Source of the DNA: Lingula anatina
Taxonomy: Eukaryota; Animalia; Brachiopoda
DNA: 64,000 nucleotides
Reading direction: 5' to 3'
Assembly: GCA_051362555.1 (NCBI GenBank)
Contig: CM120649.1
Location: forward strand, 1,612,001 to 1,676,000
In this document: in pieces, positions 14,951-27,324 of the stretch
Numbering within the stretch: the stretch's first letter is position 1
Layout: every line of letters starts with the position of its first letter
Notes under the pieces: model-generated
Told to the model about the DNA's origin: nothing
What the model saw: the letters and a program-made list of their open reading frames with translations, nothing else
The model's database searches: none
Program-made: the position numbers and the translations under genes

Positions 14951-17406
14951 TTATTCCTCCTCGGCCTTTCTCTTGCTGCTCTTGCCCTTCCCTTTGCCTT
15001 TCCCGCCGCTAGCCATTACCTGTTGCAGCACCAGATCTTCCATGATTAACTCTTGCAGTTTCTGCTCACTCCAGTCGTCCCAAACCTCAACGTCCCCGTA
15101 GTTAACCTCGGTGCCGCCTGTAGCCCCAAGTTCACTTCCTGACAGAGCAGCGGCGATGGCACCTTTGGAGAGCACGGACTCCGAACTTAAAGAAGGATTG
15201 AGCTCAGCGACTGGCAGCACACCTGAGGGCTCGGCGGTCTCTCTATCTGGCTCGGGGAACTTGGTGTTGATGTCCAAGATCTTAACCGGCTTCTTCTTTT
15301 TCTCTTTCTTCTCCTTTTTTGGCTTCGGGACATAGGTCTTCCCCTTTTTCTCCATCTTGGCCTTTTTCTTTTCCTCTGCCTTTCTCTCTTTCTCCTCTTT
15401 CTTCCTTTCCTTCTCCATTTCCTTTTCTTCTTTCTTTCGCTGTTTCTCCTTTTGTTTCTCTACCTTTCTTTGGACGAGAACTCTGTCCACTAACTCCCCT
15501 CTAACTTTCCCATCCACTGGGCAGTCATCCGGAGGACAACATTTGTCGAACAGGTTTACAGGTCTTGGTTCCGGCCCCGGATTGGCTGGGGTGGGATAGA
15601 CGCCAGGGTCTGGCTGAAATAGATGATTTTCATATCAATTTACTTCGAAGATATACATAAATTTTAATTGTGAATTGATGATCGTGAGTAAAAGGGAAAT
15701 TTTAATTCGAATAAAAATCAAAGAACTCACCTGCAGAAAGCAGCAACAGAAAACGGCGAGGAATGCCTGCCATCTTGAGACCTCCTTGGGTATCTCTTCC
15801 ACCCTTTCTTCATCCTGCTTTGTCTCATATCTTTCTTGGGCCTCTCTCAGTTTTGCTTTAGTCTTCTCAAGACTATGCTCCTCAAAGACAGTCGATTTGG
15901 CTCTTTTTGGTAAAATGAAACAATTAAAAGTTATTAATTTGAATTGAAATGATCGAAAGAAAGGTACCTGAAATGTGACATAAATTTTGGATTATCAATT
16001 TTACCGAACCATGAGCGTAGCAGTGGCGGATCCAGGGTTATTTGAGGGGGGAAAGAGGGGGTCCTCGAATGCGAAGCCGACCCTCCCCCCCCTCATCCTT
16101 GGCATGCGGTGAAGGGTTCCGAAAATTTTTCTATTTTTGAAGGTGAACGGTGCCATATGGTACGGTTTAGAACTATGATTCAGCCAGTCAAAATTCTAAT
16201 TTCAAGAGAGAATCATTGGTGTGATATTTTCAAAAATCGAATGGAGGGGGGAGGGGACAGGCCCCCCTGACACCCCTCTGAATTCGCCACTGCGTAGAGT
16301 GCAAAATAAATAAATAAATTTGATAAATTTAGCCCATTGAAAATGGGCATGCAAATACATTAAACCCAACCCCAAACACACATACACTTTTTAACCTCGT
16401 CAATAATCTGTGCAAGCAGAAGGGATAGTATGTACCCCCCCCCCCGTCACTCACCCCCCCGTCACTCACCCCCCCTTCATTCACCCCCCCGTCACTCACC
16501 CCCCCCCCGTCACTCACCCCCCCCGTCACTCACCCCCCCCGTCACTCAACCCCGTCACTCACCCCCCCGTCACTCACCCCCCCTTCATTCACCCCCCGTC
16601 ACTCACCCCCCGTCACTCACCCCCCCTTCACTCACCCCCCCCGTCACTCACCCCCCCGTCACTCACCCCCCCCGTCACTCACCCCCCACCTCCCAACACA
16701 CACCTAAAATTATCAGATTGTGAGATTATTTTCATTACTTGCATTTTTAGTTAATTTCTTCCTTATATCGCTTCAGATAGAATAATAGCTGGACATATTG
16801 GTAGACAGATTAATATTTGATAAGAGTTTACATATACGTAAAAAAACAAACTGTATAATAATAATAATAATGAAACCTACCCTACAAAAGTTGGAGTGCG
16901 CTTCCGAATGTGTCTTCCTTGACTGTCCTTAGGTATTTGTCAAAATAAACAGAAATTAAATTTAAGTTTAAAAGCAATTTATATGTCTTAATAATTGTTA
17001 CTATATGATGTTTACTGAAGAAATTGACAATTTGAAAAATTTTAAAAATTCAGTATCTTTGTTTGCATTCAATATGCTTTCATGGTTCGGTTCATTAATT
17101 CTTTTTTACTTGCGAGGGTCACTTGAGTAAAGAAACAAGTAAAACAGTAGTTAATTTAAGCTTCTCGGTTGTTATCCAACATTACCCATCTAAATAAAAG
17201 GTTGGAGGTATTTGTATGTGACGTACCTCGATGAGCGCCTTGGGTTTCTCAGATTCCGGCTCTTCAGCTCGAGCGGAGTCGGGGGATGGAGCAATCCTTC
17301 TGCTCCGTCGGCGTATGCGAAATGCGCTTACAGCTCGAGACGCTACATTTCGAACACGTTTACGGGCGCGACTAAATCTACCTTCGTTTTCTTCGGATTC
17401 TTCCAT
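14951..17406 (-). CDS. Uncharacterised Lys/Glu-rich, largely low-complexity protein, 353 aa
   Basis: Exons 17227-17406, 16881-16927, 15731-15902 and 14951-15613 (1062 nt) join in frame via GT-AG sites. The product has an Arg-rich N-terminus, a WQAFLAVFCCCFLQ segment, a long K/E tract and a basic C-terminus. Confidence 0.8.
16021..16292. mobile_element. MITE with cagtggcg TIRs and 5-bp TSD
   Basis: cagtggcggatcc ... gaattcgccactg, with cgtag duplicated at 16016-16020 and 16293-16297. Confidence 0.85.
16434..16690. repeat. C-rich minisatellite, about 16 copies of cgtcactcac(c)n
   Basis: Directly visible 14-18 bp units; the minus strand is G-run rich. Confidence 0.95.
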
Positions 17407-17521
17407 TAAATCAAAATAACTTGATAAAAACTCGCAGTTTGATAAATTACGAACATCGCCATTGGCTTGGATATTGTAACTAACGTTACGGCAAGCGGTG
17501 TCGTGACGTAGTTGTAGCTTA

Positions 17522-17529
17522 TGACGTCA
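17522..17529. promoter_or_regulatory. Palindromic CRE (TGACGTCA) about 115 bp upstream of the K/E-rich gene start
   Basis: Exact TGACGTCA, with a second near-CRE (tgacgta) at ~17504. Function is inferred from position only. Confidence 0.45.
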
Positions 17530-18067
17530 CATGAAAACGTAACGTTTTTACAACAAAAGCGTAACGTTTGTTGGATTGCCAGTTGCAAATGCTATCTATC
17601 TATCTTGATGCAATAATGCATTTAGTTTTGAAAAAAAATCAAAGCTATTTATTTATTTATTTATTTATTTAATTACGATAATAATAATGTTTTATTTTTA
17701 TGTGGTGTATTGCGTTTAAAACCTCAATGTGCCTCATCATTAAGAATGAAACTTTGGTATTATTTAATGTAAGAATGACAAAAATGAGAGCTACGAATGG
17801 CAAATTAAGAGTTCAATATAAGTTATAGACAGCCTATCATCTTTCTTCTCAGTACTGTTTCTGGTGTCTTGCCTTGGGTAATATCAGGATATCAACTTCT
17901 TTTTACAGAAAATACAAATTTAATTGTTTAACAAAAATATGAAAAGTCTCAAAATAAATCTCGCCAAAATTACCCCCCATTCCACCCCATCTACATACAA
18001 ACGGTTCCTGATTCGTTGTACACAATTTACATTTGGTCTAGTGAATACACCATGGAAGGTGGCTATA

Positions 18068-18240
18068 CAGACCCGTAGCCAGCAAATGCGAAAGCTGGGG
18101 TCTTTTTCTTAAAATATGGACCTTCTGTCATGAAACCTTTGTTACCCAGACCAAATTTACCCAGAGTGGACCTTTCCCAGAAAAAAAATAAAAGGGGGAG
18201 GGTTCTTTCGAACCTCGGACCCCCCTTAGCTACGGGCTTG
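18068..18240. mobile_element. Short degenerate MITE
   Basis: Imperfect TIRs cagacccgtagccag / ttagctacgggcttg. Confidence 0.55.
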
Positions 18241-18330
18241 CTGAACATTTATTAAATTCCTCTTGTAGCTTCCATCCGTAGAATAGATCAGGTACTCATA
18301 CATATAGCACAGGCTCCAATGGACGGCACA

Positions 18331-18365
<35 letters not shown>

Positions 18366-19088
18366 ATTAATTAATAAATTAATTAATTAATTAATTAAAA
18401 AACAAAATTAATTGAGAATCTTGACCAAGTGGACAGCCCCCCCCTCCCAACAATATTGACAAACTATCTCAGCCCCTTCCATGCCTGGTGACATTTCCCA
18501 ATTTGTTCATTATTCTGGCAAAATTTCCTCTCTTCGTTTGCAAATGGTGATGACAGAAAAAACAATTTTAATTTCCCAAAACAGATAATTTTCCGTATTT
18601 TTTTAACACGTAAGAGAGGTCATAGGTCAACTTCACCGTGTCTCATGATGTCATACATATAAATAAATGTCTGCTTCAATAAATCAGGCGCGTTAGACAG
18701 TGAGACACGCCTTGGGTTAGGCGTGATTAGCTCATGTAATATGGTAATTAGTATTTATGACAGCCCAACTTGCCTATTGTAATTAAACCATAACGTGTTT
18801 TTGCGGGATATTTGCCCCAGTTCGAAAAAAAGGAAAATTGTTCTACTGAGACCTGTTCTTCCAAACATCATTAAAAGTACGAGATTGCACTGCACAAGGA
18901 AAAAATCAGTGGATGATTTAATCTAAATGTGATAAAACACTTCTACCAAGTTCACGTCCAAGTTTAACCACGTAATCAGGGTGCCACATAATGACTTGAT
19001 CGTCCTCATGACCATGAGTGAGACTCGGTAGAGCGGCCGGCCATTACGCCTTGGGGCCCCCCATGCAGCACAGTGATAAGTGATCTCC

Positions 19089-19131
19089 CTCGTGACGGCA
19101 CGTGACTTGTCGTGTATATTTCAGCACGTGA
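19089..19131 (+). promoter_or_regulatory. Clustered CLEAR-like E-boxes (TFEB/MiTF type) upstream of the LAMP gene
   Basis: ggcacgtgac at 19097-19106 (9/10 match to GTCACGTGAC), cacgtga at 19125-19131 and tcgtgac at 19090-19096, all 115-155 bp before the ATG. Confidence 0.6.
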
Positions 19132-19244
19132 ACCCATGTTGTAGATTACTGGGCGAAAGAGCGGGAGTGGAACAACACGTTCAGCAGTTCGAAGGAAGAG
19201 CGTTACCACCCGTGGAAGAGAAGGGCATCGCCAGTCGACTTGAG

Positions 19245-22200
19245 ATGAAGGGGATCTTGATAGCTGCGCTGATTTTGGCGGTTACTCGTAAGTATTATTT
19301 ATTTAGATTCATTTGTTAATTCCCATAATCAGCAGTTGTACATGTGTGATTTTTTCAATAGTCTTCGTCACCACGCCCTCACTTATTAAAGCCAGTTATT
19401 TGTGCTGAGCATGAGTAGCAATGGAAGGCGATTTTTTTACAACTGCGTCTTTAAAATAAAATATCTGACAAATATTACTTGGAGTCTTTACGAGGAATAT
19501 ATTGTCCTTCTTTGTTGGCTTTCACTGTGCCACTCTTTGGGATATAGGATTACAGCACAGATCTATCTAAGAACAATCCGGTTTAGAACTGAATTATTTT
19601 CAGAACTGTATTATGCTGAATTATTGCTAAAATATCAAGAAAAACACCGCCATCCTTTATTTTTTCTAGTGCCAAAGAAGGGGGGGGGGCAGGATAGCTT
19701 AATTCTAACGAATAGACTAAGTTATTTAACTGATACTGATAGTAAAATTAATGTAAATCAACTCTATATTGAGGACTAAAATGCTTAAAGTCTCACTACA
19801 CAGCTAATTTTACATATAAAATGCATAAATGATGAATTATTTAGAAAAGTAACTATATTAGACTGTGAAGTTAAGAGTTTGGTTAAAAAACCATCTAAAT
19901 ATGATCTTTTGTTTTTAACATATTGCAAAACCGATGTACAGTTATTTAAAAAAAAAATTGGTAATGTTTTTCATCGTTTTTCCTTGTCGTTGCTGTCTAA
20001 TTTATAGTCTGTGAGTTATGGCCTGTAGCCCCTGGGGTGAGGGTTTGTCTACGCAAAAGAACTCGCAACTGAACTAGCTAACTTGGCTGAAGTAAAAATC
20101 AGCAGTAGGCCAGTAACATGAACTAGTATGTCCATTTTACGAAAAACAAAATATAAATAAATAAATAAATAAAAATAAATAAAAAACGCGATTAATAATG
20201 ATTACTTTCTTTTAGTCCATTACTACGGACAATCTTTTGTTAAGGAAGATCAAAACTTCGATCTCAAGTCTCAGGCGAATTTTTTTCCAAAGCACTTTCT
20301 CTAAGCTTGTTTTAATAATAACATTATTTATTCATGCAACTAAAGGTTGGCTTTCACAAGTGCTATAAAAGACTGTTAAAAGTTACTTAAAAACATTATG
20401 AAACTACCCACCAAAACCAGATAATAAACAAATTGATTAAAATATTAAATCAATTTGATTCTAAAAATTGCTCAATCACATAAAAGAAGTATTGAATTTT
20501 TAAAATATGAAATCAACTAATTTCTTAATAGTTGAAAGTAATGAAGTTTATACATTATTTTTTGCGAGATAAAAGTCTTTGCAGCTAACAGTTCTAAGTT
20601 TTGGAATATAAAATATCTGAGAGTAACTAAGGGAAGGTGGTTTTTTTTTAACTTATGGTAATAAATGATTGAGTCTATGCCCTGCCATACACTTTCGTGA
20701 GCTGAGACAATAGATTGTAAGTTGTAGGTTAGCCCAGGGTGACAAGCCCATGTCCATGCTCTTGGCCGCGAGATAGTCTATATTGGTGCTATTATCACTG
20801 GTACCGTCTCGTGAAAGATCCATCGTTTTTACGACAGTAACTTTGGACACGTGCTCTGTATGATGATAATGGGGGAAACGGAAGGGGGAGGGGATTGAAT
20901 AATAAATTATTTGTTTTCCATGTTTCCAACTTCTAGATCTGTAAATTGGAAGTGTGCTTTTGTGTACAGAGAGGGTTATTGTGTTCAGGACTTTTGTTAG
21001 TGGTATTGTTTTCTAGGTTGTTACTTCGGTAATTATATCGATAGACATTTCTAAATTGCAGCTTCATATCTATGACCCTATTATTTTCTAAATAAGCGGA
21101 AATCAAGTACAAATCCTTTGGTATTAATATTTGGACCATTTATTAAATTAATTGGGTGTATTTCATTAAATCAAATCACACATACGTGTACACATGCCAC
21201 AAACACACACATAAAACCTAGCGTGCAAACAAACACACACACACACACACACACAGTTATTGAATTCGTGTACATTATTTTGATATCCAAGTAGAAAAGT
21301 ATCCAAAGTCAATATTATGTTGCAGCATCTAGCGCCCAAAGTTCGGCGTGGACTGTCAGCGACGCAAACACCACAGCAGTATGTGTCGTAGCTCGAATGG
21401 AACTGGACATCAAGATTTCCTACTTGGACGACACCGGGGCGGTAAGTGTGTGTGTGTGTGTGTGTTTTTTTTTAGTAGAGAGATGTTCATGCAAGTAACT
21501 TAGTGCATCTTAGTGCATTCAGCCCTTTACAAATAATAAATTATTTGTTTTCCATTTTTCCAACTTCTAGATCTGTAAAATTTACAAGAGTTTTGGCCCT
21601 TGTGTACGTTTACGTGTGTGTTGACATGGGTTGTGAGTAGGTGTGCAGACGCTTGTGAGGAAACGTGCATTATTTCGCGTGCTTGAACTAGTGCATGTGG
21701 TTGTGCGTTCAGCCATGCATATTTTAATACGGGCATCCCTTTGCGTAATAATGGTTGCCCTCCCCTTGAAAAGATTATAATCATATAAAAATAATGTCAA
21801 GTTTCCTGACGTTTCAGAGACTCAACACTACAATTGATTTCCCCGAAAACTTTGACAGAATCGGCGGTTTCTGCGAGGACGCCAGTTCCCCCAACACCAA
21901 CATGCTAACTCTGGAGTGGAAGAAGCAAGACACAACGTTCAGTCTCAGCGTCAAATTCACCAAAGTTTCGGAGGACGGAGGGCAAACGTACACTAAGTAT
22001 CAACTGGGGGAAGTGTCGCTCCATATCCCGATGATGCCAGAATTGTTCCCCAACGTGGAAGCAGCCGGTGAGTTTTACACTCATATTAACGAACAGAATT
22101 ATTATTGTTTTTTTACTAAAATAGTAAAGCTCCCTTTGGAGAATGTCGTACCAGAGATACCATTTGTCTAAAGCAATGATGTCCTATAAATAATTTAGAG

Positions 22201-22250
22201 TTTTGAATGTTCATTTTAATTTTCTCTCCTTTCAAAAATGGTGTTCAGTG

Positions 22251-22284
<34 letters not shown>

Positions 22285-25200
22285 TAATTATTAGTATTAT
22301 TATTATCCTCTACAGTGGCCAACCAGACTCTTGTGGTCAGGAACGTAGACGACGACGGCAATCTAATGGCGCCTGCCGGGTTCTCAACCCGACTTTCCCG
22401 ATGTCTGGTCTGCAACACGGAGCAGGTCTTTGAAGACCTGGAGGCTCACGGGACGGACGCTGAACATTACCACGATACGCTGGTGACACTGACGATCTCA
22501 GATGTGCAGTTCATCGCGTTCAAGGAGGATGAGACGACCCATATTTCTGACAGTGGGGAATGTAAGTATAGGAGGGTCTATGCAAGTGTGACAAGAATGG
22601 AAGTTCGAGGTCCCATATGATTATTATTATAGTAGAGGTTGGTGTTAGTCAGAGTATTGGGGTTAGTGAATGGGGCGAATGTCACCTGTGCAAAGTAATG
22701 CGTAACGGACTATTGTTCCTAACTGACTACCGTTCCTGCCACACCGGTTCTTGTTCATTGTAAAAACTAGTTTTGGATAATATCGCCTGTGAGACTTGGA
22801 GCGATTTCGTATCCAACAGACACGCAGTGGTCAGATTATCGGTAGATCGCCATAGTATTGGTGACAGATATTATGGAAATATAGATGTCGTGTACTTTTA
22901 TTTAAGGTATGTTATCTAATATAAGGTCTAAACTTTGAAAGATATGTTAATGTGACGGGTGTTTAGACGAAAAGATTTCTCTTTTCCTAACATGCACGCC
23001 ATGTACACGAAACTTGTGTAACGAAACTGGGGGTCCGTTTAACAGTACATCCGCCCTCCCTTTAGGTCCCATTCAGATCGAGAAGAGCCGAGTGCTAGCT
23101 AGGCCGCAGTCTTAATATGGCGGCCCTATATGAAAGGAAGACCGCTTAATCCTGTAATGGTCTCTCCGCCTCTCACACGCCTCCCCACGCGTCGTTCCTG
23201 CAGGGGCACACTAATTAAATCTCGGCTCAATACAGCCGGCCGAGGGACGACCCGCACGAAAATCCAGTAGTATCGAAATAGCAAAGAGGCATTAACGCAG
23301 TAGTGGTGTGGAGCATATTTGCAGTAGAAATGCAGTATAGCCTACTGCAATTCTACTCCAAAAAGTACATAGGTTTGTACAGAGGAGGAGCATTAATGCA
23401 GTAGATTAGCAGCATGATAGAAGCATGTTTCAAATATGCTAATTAGCTCCCTAATCGAAGCAGATTTGAGGCATGTTTGCAGTATGATTGCAGTAGTCTA
23501 CTGCGCTGGAGTATCTACTACGTTTTCTTGCGGGGACGCTTGGGAAGCCGTGTGAGAGGCGGAGAAACCATTACAGGATTAAGCGGTCTTCCTTTCATGT
23601 AGGTCCGCCATATTTAAGTCGCAGCCTAGCTAGCACTCGGCTCCTCTCGATCTGAATGGGGCATTAGTTATAATGGTTAGGGTTAGCCCGACCTAAGTGG
23701 GTCAAAAACTAGGGCGAGGCTTACCAGTGCAAGTGAATGGGAAGCGGACTCTCTACCCTTGGGGGGGGGGGGGGGAAGATGTCTGTCAAGTGACACCGGT
23801 GTAGCAGGAACGGAAATGTATGGGAATGGAAGTCAGGGCTCCCATAAGATTTGTACGGGTTAGGGTTAGTCGGAGTTTGGGGGTTAGCATATGGGACGAA
23901 AGTCACCTGTACAAAGAAATGGGAAGCGGGCAACGGTTCCTGGCGAACGTCCATTCCCGTAACACCGGTATACCATTTATTATAACGGAAGTCGTTTTTT
24001 TTTTATTCTACTTCCCCCAGGTAACAAATGTGTGATGGACATCGCAGAGGCCCCGGAAGACCGTTTTTTCGTCACCGGGTCTGCCGGAGAGGTCTGCATT
24101 ATTCTGGACATGGCCGCTAAGTTCGTTATCCCGTATAAAATGTATGATAACTCGGTGAGTGGAAAAAATGTTTGTTATTTCAAATAACAATCCCTAGAGC
24201 AAATTTCACCGGTTGGTCGGAATGAGGAGGTTAAAGACTTTGATGGACTTTATTGACAGTTGTGATAATAAAAAATTAATTTAGACATTTTCTCTATAAT
24301 TGGTGTGCGTGCGCCACACGCGGCTCATGTTTGACGGGTGCTATTTACCGGTAGTTTCAGACTCCAAACGGCGTATTGTACAAGTGACAGAGCAGTGGAT
24401 GGAACTGGATATTTGAAACGCATAAGTTATCTTTCACATGTCATAAATTTCCTACATGAATTGCCTCATGGTACTAAAAAATATGCCTAAAGGACCCTGT
24501 CTGTGAGAAATGAATGTTGTCATGTGTTTAGCATGAAATGCTGACGTATGGAATTCCACCTCCCAAATATTACGACGCATGTCGGATTCGGATAGGTTAA
24601 TTTCACAGTTGCAAATGCCGGTGTGACAAGAATGGTAGTTTATGGAATGGAAGTCAGGGGTCCCATATGATTAGTACAGGTAAGGATTAAACGGGGTATA
24701 GGGCTTAGGACATGGGGCAAATGTCAACTGTACATAGTAACTGTGTGTGTGTGTGTGGGGGGGGGGGGGGGGACTACGGTTCATAGCGGACTACCATTCC
24801 TGTCTCACCATTTCTTCGAGAGTGTTTCAGCTTAATTCCAATAGCGCTTATTTGTCACCCTCCGTTTTTTTTCTAGACTGGACACGGAATGTTCAATCTC
24901 CCGACACAAAATGAGACCACAGTAAGCGGTCAGTGCGACGAGAGGCGACAGACTGTCTCCGTGACGTTTTTCGAGGACTGGGTGTTGAGCGCCTCCTTTG
25001 AGAAGGATGATATAACGTCATCGGGGAATTACAACGTCAGCGATTTGTCACTGACCTTCACCTACAGTGATGAGAGATTCGTGGATCCCCATCCGAGTAT
25101 TGTCGGTAAGTATTAGCTTACGTTATCTAGGAAGCTAAGTAAAAGTTGTAGTAATCACAAGAGATACAACAAGCAGGACTCCGTGAGTTGATTAAAAACG

Positions 25201-26147
25201 TGAACACCTAATAGGCTAACTATCAAGTTAAAATTAATCGTTTTTATTTATCCATTCATTTAGTTATTTTCATGTGTCAACTTATATATTCATTTATTTA
25301 TTGATTTTCATCAAAGACTACAGACAAGGAGAGTTCTCTTCACTCCCTTTTTTTACATTTTTATTGAGTATATCGATTTCGACATTAAATTTGTTTTGTT
25401 ACTTTACGTGTCAAACTCTGATCCAAAAATCTGCACCTTTTCTTCCAGACACCACAGCCACTGTCCATCTGTCCTTGGGGAACCAGACCACTCTTGACCC
25501 ATTCCAGGCGGCCTTGGGACAATACTTCAAGTGCCAGAAAGAACAGACGCTACTTCTGGCGGACGAGAATGGCAACGGTGCCAGGCTGGACACCTATAAA
25601 TTCGACTTCCAAGCGTTTAAAGAGACTGATGATAACGATTTTTCCGATGCACAAAACTGTGAGTTTATATACACATTTTTTGCTTTTTTTCATTAAATTA
25701 CTATTGTAATTCATTAACATTGAGTTAAAATATTGCATAAATCCATATATTTTGAAATAAATGCCTTTGACATACTGATTTAGACAAAACTTTAGGCAGT
25801 ATAGCTAAGCCAGCATTTGGCTTCTTTTAAGCCAGCTAATGCAATAGTGATTTATCAATATTAGAATTTTTCGGACCAGCGATGGAATAATATAATTCTA
25901 ATAGAATAATTCCAGGACTAGACCAATAAAAAGTATATATTAATACTGTGCTATTTGTACATTTTCAGTTCACGAATGCTCTAGCGACAATGGTGGCGGC
26001 GGCGGCAGCGGTGGGGCTGAAAATGGAGATAGTAACGCAATAGTTCACGTCGTGATAGCTCTGGTAGTAGGTCTCGCTGCTCTCCTCCTCCTCGCTGTGT
26101 TCTTGATCAAACGCCAGAGGGCCAGGTCGTCGTATCAATCCATGTGA
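19245..26147 (+). CDS. LAMP: Lysosome-associated membrane glycoprotein (two LAMP domains), 468 aa
   Basis: Exons 19245-19287, 21326-21441, 21818-22067, 22316-22561, 24021-24154, 24877-25105, 25449-25658 and 25969-26147 (1407 nt, phases consistent). Signal peptide MKGILIAALILAVTPSSA, two Cys-framed LAMP domains (FQAALGQYFKC, FDFQAF), several N-X-S/T sites, one TM helix and a short tail ending YQSM. Confidence 0.93.
22588..24809. repeat. Three copies of a ~170-190 bp interspersed repeat with ccggtgt...acaccgg ends (~22588-22748, ~23795-23969, ~24618-24809)
   Basis: Shared core ggaatggaagtcaggg..cccata..gatt..gggttag..ggggcgaatgtcacctgtac. Confidence 0.7.
23068..23660. mobile_element. Non-autonomous element with ~120-bp TIRs, containing a nested CACTA-like MITE (23251-23534)
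   Basis: cccattcagatcgagaagagccgagtgctagctagg... is mirrored at 23540-23660. The inner element cccgcacgaaaa...ttttcttgcggg has a 2-bp TSD ga. Confidence 0.85.
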
Positions 26148-27324
26148 TAAACTTTCAGATTTTGGAATGTTTTGGAGTTCTGTTTTCAACCACATCTAAG
26201 CGTCAGTTCTACACTTGTTGACTCTTGGAGAAACTTAACTTACACTTAATAACTCTTTGTCTTTTTACTCATTTGATTCCGCTTTAAATGTTTTCTGTGA
26301 TTAGCAAAAGTGTAAGTAATTTGCTTTACAACAAAGCGAAGAAACAGCCAATTTCATAAGAAGTGTTTTGGATAGCGGGATGGCCTTTCGGGGCATAGGT
26401 AGAAGTAAACCTTGAAGAAGGCTGTGAGCACGTGATTAAATGGTTATGAAAAAAAAAAAACAGAAATAAACCAGCCAGAAAAATAAACAAATAAAAGTAT
26501 GATTAAGAAGAAACAGCCCATTGGAGTAGTTGGATTAGTTCGTAAGTTTTGGGATCTCCCAAAAAATAATGTAAATAGAATGTTAACCAGTTACAAATAC
26601 AGTACTTGTGACATGGTTCTTGTATTTATCAAATTGTTCGTTTACCTTATTATATTATATTATATTTATTTATTCATGTTTTGCGTATATGTAAATTCAT
26701 ATTGAATCGGCTCAAGGCTGCGTATTGCCTAGGTTTACAATTATTTCAGTGTTATACGAATGTAAATAAGAACGCAAAGTTGAGGTAATGCTTTTTAGTC
26801 CAGTTTCATATTCTTGTCTAGGTCAATTAGTTGTAAAGCGCAATGGAAAAAGCATGAAAATAAAAATGCTCGCACGCTTATTGTAATCTCACTGGTAGGT
26901 TTTACTTATCATTGCTGATGGATTTGGATAATATTAAAAGTAAACTGGTAAACGTTTATGAATTTCATTTATGTTCATTCTAAAACGAAGCGAACGGTCA
27001 GAATGTTTATGTTTACATTGACAGGCATCCAATTTATTATCAGATGGTTAAAATGGAGAATGGATCAAGAAAGACAATTACATGTATGAATATTGTCAGG
27101 GAATATCTCTGGATCCGCCCCTGTAATACTTAAATCCTGAGCATATTTTGACCGTCGCATAAATCACAAGTACTAATGTGTTAACCCGCGGGACGCATGT
27201 CTTACTGAGTATTCGGGAGTGTCAGAGCTTGACGTCATTATGGACACCTCGGGCGATGCCTTATCTGACATCTTGTCTCATTTGGCACTCATTGCTACGG
27301 ACGTAAATAAGGCTGTGGATTGCT

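Noticed and set aside
16329-16754. Pro/His-rich and Gly-rich ORFs in the ORF track
   Set aside because: They are translations of the intronic minisatellite, with no splice or start context.
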